Source of the DNA: an uncultured delta proteobacterium
GTDB taxonomy: Bacteria > Myxococcota > B64-G9
DNA: 64,000 bases
Reading direction: 5' to 3'
NCBI GenBank assembly: GCA_963754925.1
Contig: CAVWHX010000004.1
Location: 640,001 to 704,000 of the forward strand
Shown: positions 61,007-64,000 of the stretch, piece after piece
Numbering within the stretch: position 1 is the first letter of the stretch
Layout of the letters: each line of letters opens with the position of its first letter
The notes under the pieces: model-generated
Database searches by the model: none
What the model was told of the DNA's origin: nothing
Seen by the model: only the letters and a program-made list of their open reading frames with translations
Made by a program: the position numbers and the translations under genes

Positions 61007-61306
61007 ATGGCCCCCCAAAGTGCCCGACCCCGATGGAATGAGTTAGCGGTTGGCTCTGCCATCGTCGAACCCGGCAGCGCCCGGGCCAACCGCACCGGGG
61101 ATTGGCGTTCGTCCCGTCCGGTTTGGAAGCATGAACAGTGCATACGCTGCGGCGTCTGCGTCATTTCGTGCCCCGAGGGTTGCATCCACTTCGACCTCGA
61201 AATCAAAGACTACCCTAACGCGGATCTCAACTATTGCAAGGGCTGCGGTATCTGTGTACACGAGTGCCCGACCGCCTGTATCCGCATGATCGACGAGGAG
61301 GAGTAA
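61007..61306 (+). CDS. porD: Pyruvate/2-oxoacid:ferredoxin oxidoreductase delta subunit (2x4Fe-4S)
   Basis: TGDWRSSRP, CIRCGVCVISCP, YCKGCGICVHECP. Confidence 0.92.
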   Translation: MAPQSARPRWNELAVGSAIVEPGSARANRTGDWRSSRPVWKHEQCIRCGVCVISCPEGCIHFDLEIKDYPNADLNYCKGCGICVHECPTACIRMIDEEE

Positions 61307-62481
61307 TGGAAAAACGAGTTGGCATGGAGGCGTCCATCGCCATCGCCGAGGCCGTCGGCCTCTGCGATGTGGACATCGTGGCCGCCTACCCGATCACCCC
61401 GCAGACCCACATCGTTGAGCATCTCTCCGAGATGGTGGCCGAGGGGGAGCTCGACGCGGGCTTCATTCCGGTGGAGAGCGAACATTCGGCCATGTCGGTA
61501 TGCTGCGGCACCAGCGCCACGGGCGCGCGCACCTACACCGCCACCAGCTCGCAGGGGCTGGCGCTGATGCACGAGATCTTGTTCATCGCCTCAGGCTTGC
61601 GTTTGCCGATCGTCATGTCGGTGGCCAACCGGGCGCTGTCCGCTCCGCTCAACATCTGGAACGATCACTCGGACATCATGACCGAACGCGACAGCGGCTG
61701 GGTGCAGATCTTCGCCGAAAACGCCCAGGAAGCGCTTGACCTGCATATTTGGGCGTTTCGCCTGGCGGAGGACAAACGGGTCTCGCTGCCGGTCATGGTC
61801 AACTTTGATGGCTTTATCGTTTCGCATATGATCGAGCCGGTCCTCATGCCGGATCGCGAGACGGTGAAAGCCTTTGTGCCGCCCTTTGAGCCATTGCAGC
61901 GTCTGGATGTGGATAAGCCCATTAGCATCGGTCCGGTCGGCATCCCCGATATCTATACCGAAGCCAAATACCTGCAACACAAAGTGCTGAACGAAGCCTA
62001 CACGCCGATCGTCGAGACGCTGGGCGAGTTCGGCAAACACTTCAAGCGCACCTACAAGCCCATCGAGACATACAAGACCGAAGACGCCGAAGTGCTGCTT
62101 CTGACCATGGGGTCCATCAGTGAAACCGCCATGTCAGCCATCGATAGGCGCCGCGAGAAAGGCCAGAAGGTCGGCTTGGTGCACATTCGTCTGTGGCGGC
62201 CGTTTCCGTTCGCGGACCTGCGTCGAGCCATCGAGGCCTGCCCGGTGCTCGGCGTGGTCGACCGTCACGTCTCTTTCGGCGGGCCGACGGGTCCGGTAGC
62301 GTCCGAAGTCAAGGCCGCCTGCTACCAGAGCGATCACCGCCCAAAAGTCGTCGAGTTTGTCGCGGGCCTTGGTGGGCGCGACCTGCCCTTCAGCGCTTTC
62401 GATCACATGTTTGATACTCTCTTTAATACTAAGAAGACCGGCGTCATTCCTCAGCCTGCCTTCATCGGCCTTCGGGAGTAA
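61306..62481 (+). CDS. porA: Pyruvate/2-oxoacid:ferredoxin oxidoreductase alpha subunit
   Basis: [57 protein letters not shown]. Confidence 0.93.
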   Translation: MEKRVGMEASIAIAEAVGLCDVDIVAAYPITPQTHIVEHLSEMVAEGELDAGFIPVESEHSAMSVCCGTSATGARTYTATSSQGLALMHEILFIASGLRLPIVMSVANRALSAPLNIWNDHSDIMTERDSGWVQIFAENAQEALDLHIWAFRLAEDKRVSLPVMVNFDGFIVSHMIEPVLMPDRETVKAFVPPFEPLQRLDVDKPISIGPVGIPDIYTEAKYLQHKVLNEAYTPIVETLGEFGKHFKRTYKPIETYKTEDAEVLLLTMGSISETAMSAIDRRREKGQKVGLVHIRLWRPFPFADLRRAIEACPVLGVVDRHVSFGGPTGPVASEVKAACYQSDHRPKVVEFVAGLGGRDLPFSAFDHMFDTLFNTKKTGVIPQPAFIGLRE

Positions 62482-62485
62482 CATC

Positions 62486-63415
62486 ATGGAAGGATTATCC
62501 GTCTTCGCCGCTCGGTTGTTCCCCAAGGATAACCGCTTCGTCTCCGGCCACCGCGCCTGTCAGGGCTGCGGTGAGGCCTTGGCGGTGCGTCTCGTGCATC
62601 AACTGCTCGGCCGCAACACCATGGTCGCTTCGGCCACGGGGTGTATGGAGATTATCTCCTCGTCGTATCCGGACACCGCCTGGGCGATTCCCTGGTTCCA
62701 TAATGCTTTTGAAAACGCCGCCGCGGTGGCCTCGGGGATAGAGTCAGCGCTTAAGATTCTCGTCAAGAAGGGCAAGCTGCCCAAGCGCAAGATTACGGTG
62801 GTCGGCATGGCCGGCGACGGCGGCACCGCCGATATCGGCCTGCAGGCGCTCTCGGGCGCCCTCGAGCGCGGACACGAAATGATCTACATCTGCTATGACA
62901 ACGAAGCCTATATGAACACAGGCATCCAGCGCTCGAGCGCTACCCCGTTCGGCGCCTCAACCACCACCTCGCCGGCGGGCAAGTTCAGCATCGGGCAGGT
63001 CACCAACAAGAAAAACCTCCCGATGATAGTCGCCGCGCATGGTATTCCCTACGTCGCAACCACGAGCCCCAGCTACCCGTTCGACCTGGCCGAAAAGATA
63101 GAAAAAGCTCGGAAGGCTAAAGGGCCGGCATACATCCACATGTACGCGTGCTGTCCGACCGGCTGGCGCATGGCTCCGGAGTTGGCGGTTTCGATCGGCC
63201 GATTGGCGGTACAGACCGGCGTCTTCCCGCTGTATGAGATTGACCGCGGTGCGCTGCGACTCACCCTGCCGACGCCACAGTTGCGACCCGTGCAGGACTA
63301 CCTCAAACCCCAAGGACGCTTCCGCCACCTCGGCAGCGAGGTCGTAGCCGAAATCCAGGCACGCGTTGAGGAAGACTACCGTAAGCTGGAGCGCCGCTCG
63401 GGGATCGTTCTTTAG
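62486..63415 (+). CDS. porB: Pyruvate/2-oxoacid:ferredoxin oxidoreductase beta subunit
   Basis: [50 protein letters not shown]. Confidence 0.93.
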   Translation: MEGLSVFAARLFPKDNRFVSGHRACQGCGEALAVRLVHQLLGRNTMVASATGCMEIISSSYPDTAWAIPWFHNAFENAAAVASGIESALKILVKKGKLPKRKITVVGMAGDGGTADIGLQALSGALERGHEMIYICYDNEAYMNTGIQRSSATPFGASTTTSPAGKFSIGQVTNKKNLPMIVAAHGIPYVATTSPSYPFDLAEKIEKARKAKGPAYIHMYACCPTGWRMAPELAVSIGRLAVQTGVFPLYEIDRGALRLTLPTPQLRPVQDYLKPQGRFRHLGSEVVAEIQARVEEDYRKLERRSGIVL

Positions 63416-63433
63416 GAGGAATGGAGATCCATC

Positions 63434-63889
63434 ATGGACGACAAAAATCTAGACGCCATTCTCGACAACCACCACCGGGACCCCGCGCACTTGCTGGCCA
63501 TCCTCCAGGACATCCAAAGGGAGGAAAACTACCTTCCCAAAGAGGACATCAAGAAGGTCGCCGTTGCTGTCGGGGTGTCGGTATCACGGGTGTACTCGTT
63601 GGCCACCTTTTTCAAATCGTTTAGTTTAAAACCGCGCGGTAAACACATCTGCACGGTATGCCTCGGTACCGCCTGTCACGTACGCGGAGCGCCCAAGTTG
63701 GTTGAGAAGTTGGAGCGCGATTTCGGCATCAAGGCCGGCGAAACGACCAAAGACATGAAACTGACCGTTGAGACGGTCAACTGCGTTGGCGCCTGCGCCC
63801 TCGGCCCGCTGGTGATCCTGGATGGTGAGTACCATGGCAACATCGGCTCGGCTGATCTCGACAACATCATGAAGGGGCTGCGGTCATGA
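63434..63889 (+). CDS. NuoE/HydC-like 2Fe-2S subunit
   Basis: ILQDIQ, ATFF, VCLGTACHVRGA, VNCVGACALGP. Confidence 0.9.
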   Translation: MDDKNLDAILDNHHRDPAHLLAILQDIQREENYLPKEDIKKVAVAVGVSVSRVYSLATFFKSFSLKPRGKHICTVCLGTACHVRGAPKLVEKLERDFGIKAGETTKDMKLTVETVNCVGACALGPLVILDGEYHGNIGSADLDNIMKGLRS

Positions 63890-64000
63890 GCACACGACTC
63901 ACCTCGAAAAAAATGATCGAGGACCTCCGCCAGGAGATCCAAAAGACTAAGGACCCTAAGCAACCAGTGATTGCCTTATGCGGCGGAACGGGCTGCCAGG
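63886..64000 (+). CDS. NuoF/HydB-like flavoprotein subunit, 5' fragment (runs off window)
   Basis: ATG overlaps the nuoE-like stop; MSTRLTSKK...VIALCGGTGCQ resembles the N-terminal thioredoxin-like 2Fe-2S domain of HydB-type subunits. Confidence 0.7.
   Translation, partial: MSTRLTSKKMIEDLRQEIQKTKDPKQPVIALCGGTGCQ

Overview
A 64-kb stretch of a GC-rich bacterial chromosome, most likely Myxococcota or a related deltaproteobacterium. MglA/MglB and the Agl-Glt-type genes are myxobacterial in character. Pyruvate/2-oxoacid:ferredoxin oxidoreductase, NuoE/NuoF-like subunits, rubredoxin and an FTR-like reductase suggest anaerobic capacity. From left to right the window holds: DUF58 and BatA/VWA genes; an EGF-repeat lipoprotein gene split cleanly by an IS1182-family element; rrf2-rubredoxin-trxC-def-fmt; a locus with two fluoride riboswitches, one ahead of a dynamin-like GTPase (followed by a HIT-variant gene) and one ahead of a cation:proton antiporter, separated by an IS481-like element with a 15-bp direct repeat; deoC and a class II aldolase with a putative microcompartment encapsulation peptide; dxs-tlyA; a glutaredoxin/FTR-rubredoxin/nitroreductase cluster; PilZ and TPR proteins; an ADP-forming acyl-CoA ligase; a Gld-like ABC system; glpK; an unassigned ~150-nt rod-like RNA structure; glmU, crotonase, mtnA and rplU-rpmA-obgE; a 22-kb co-oriented cluster joining mglBA, a complete Agl-Glt-type motor core, an FG-GAP/Ig-repeat protein and a Wza/beta-barrel polysaccharide exit module; and finally porCDAB and nuoE/nuoF-like genes. 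A family of nested palindromic repeats is scattered through the window, and one copy lies in frame inside a gene. About ten apparent frameshifts, mostly single-base indels in short homopolymers, point to long-read indel errors. All assignments come from motif recognition by eye; no database search was run.
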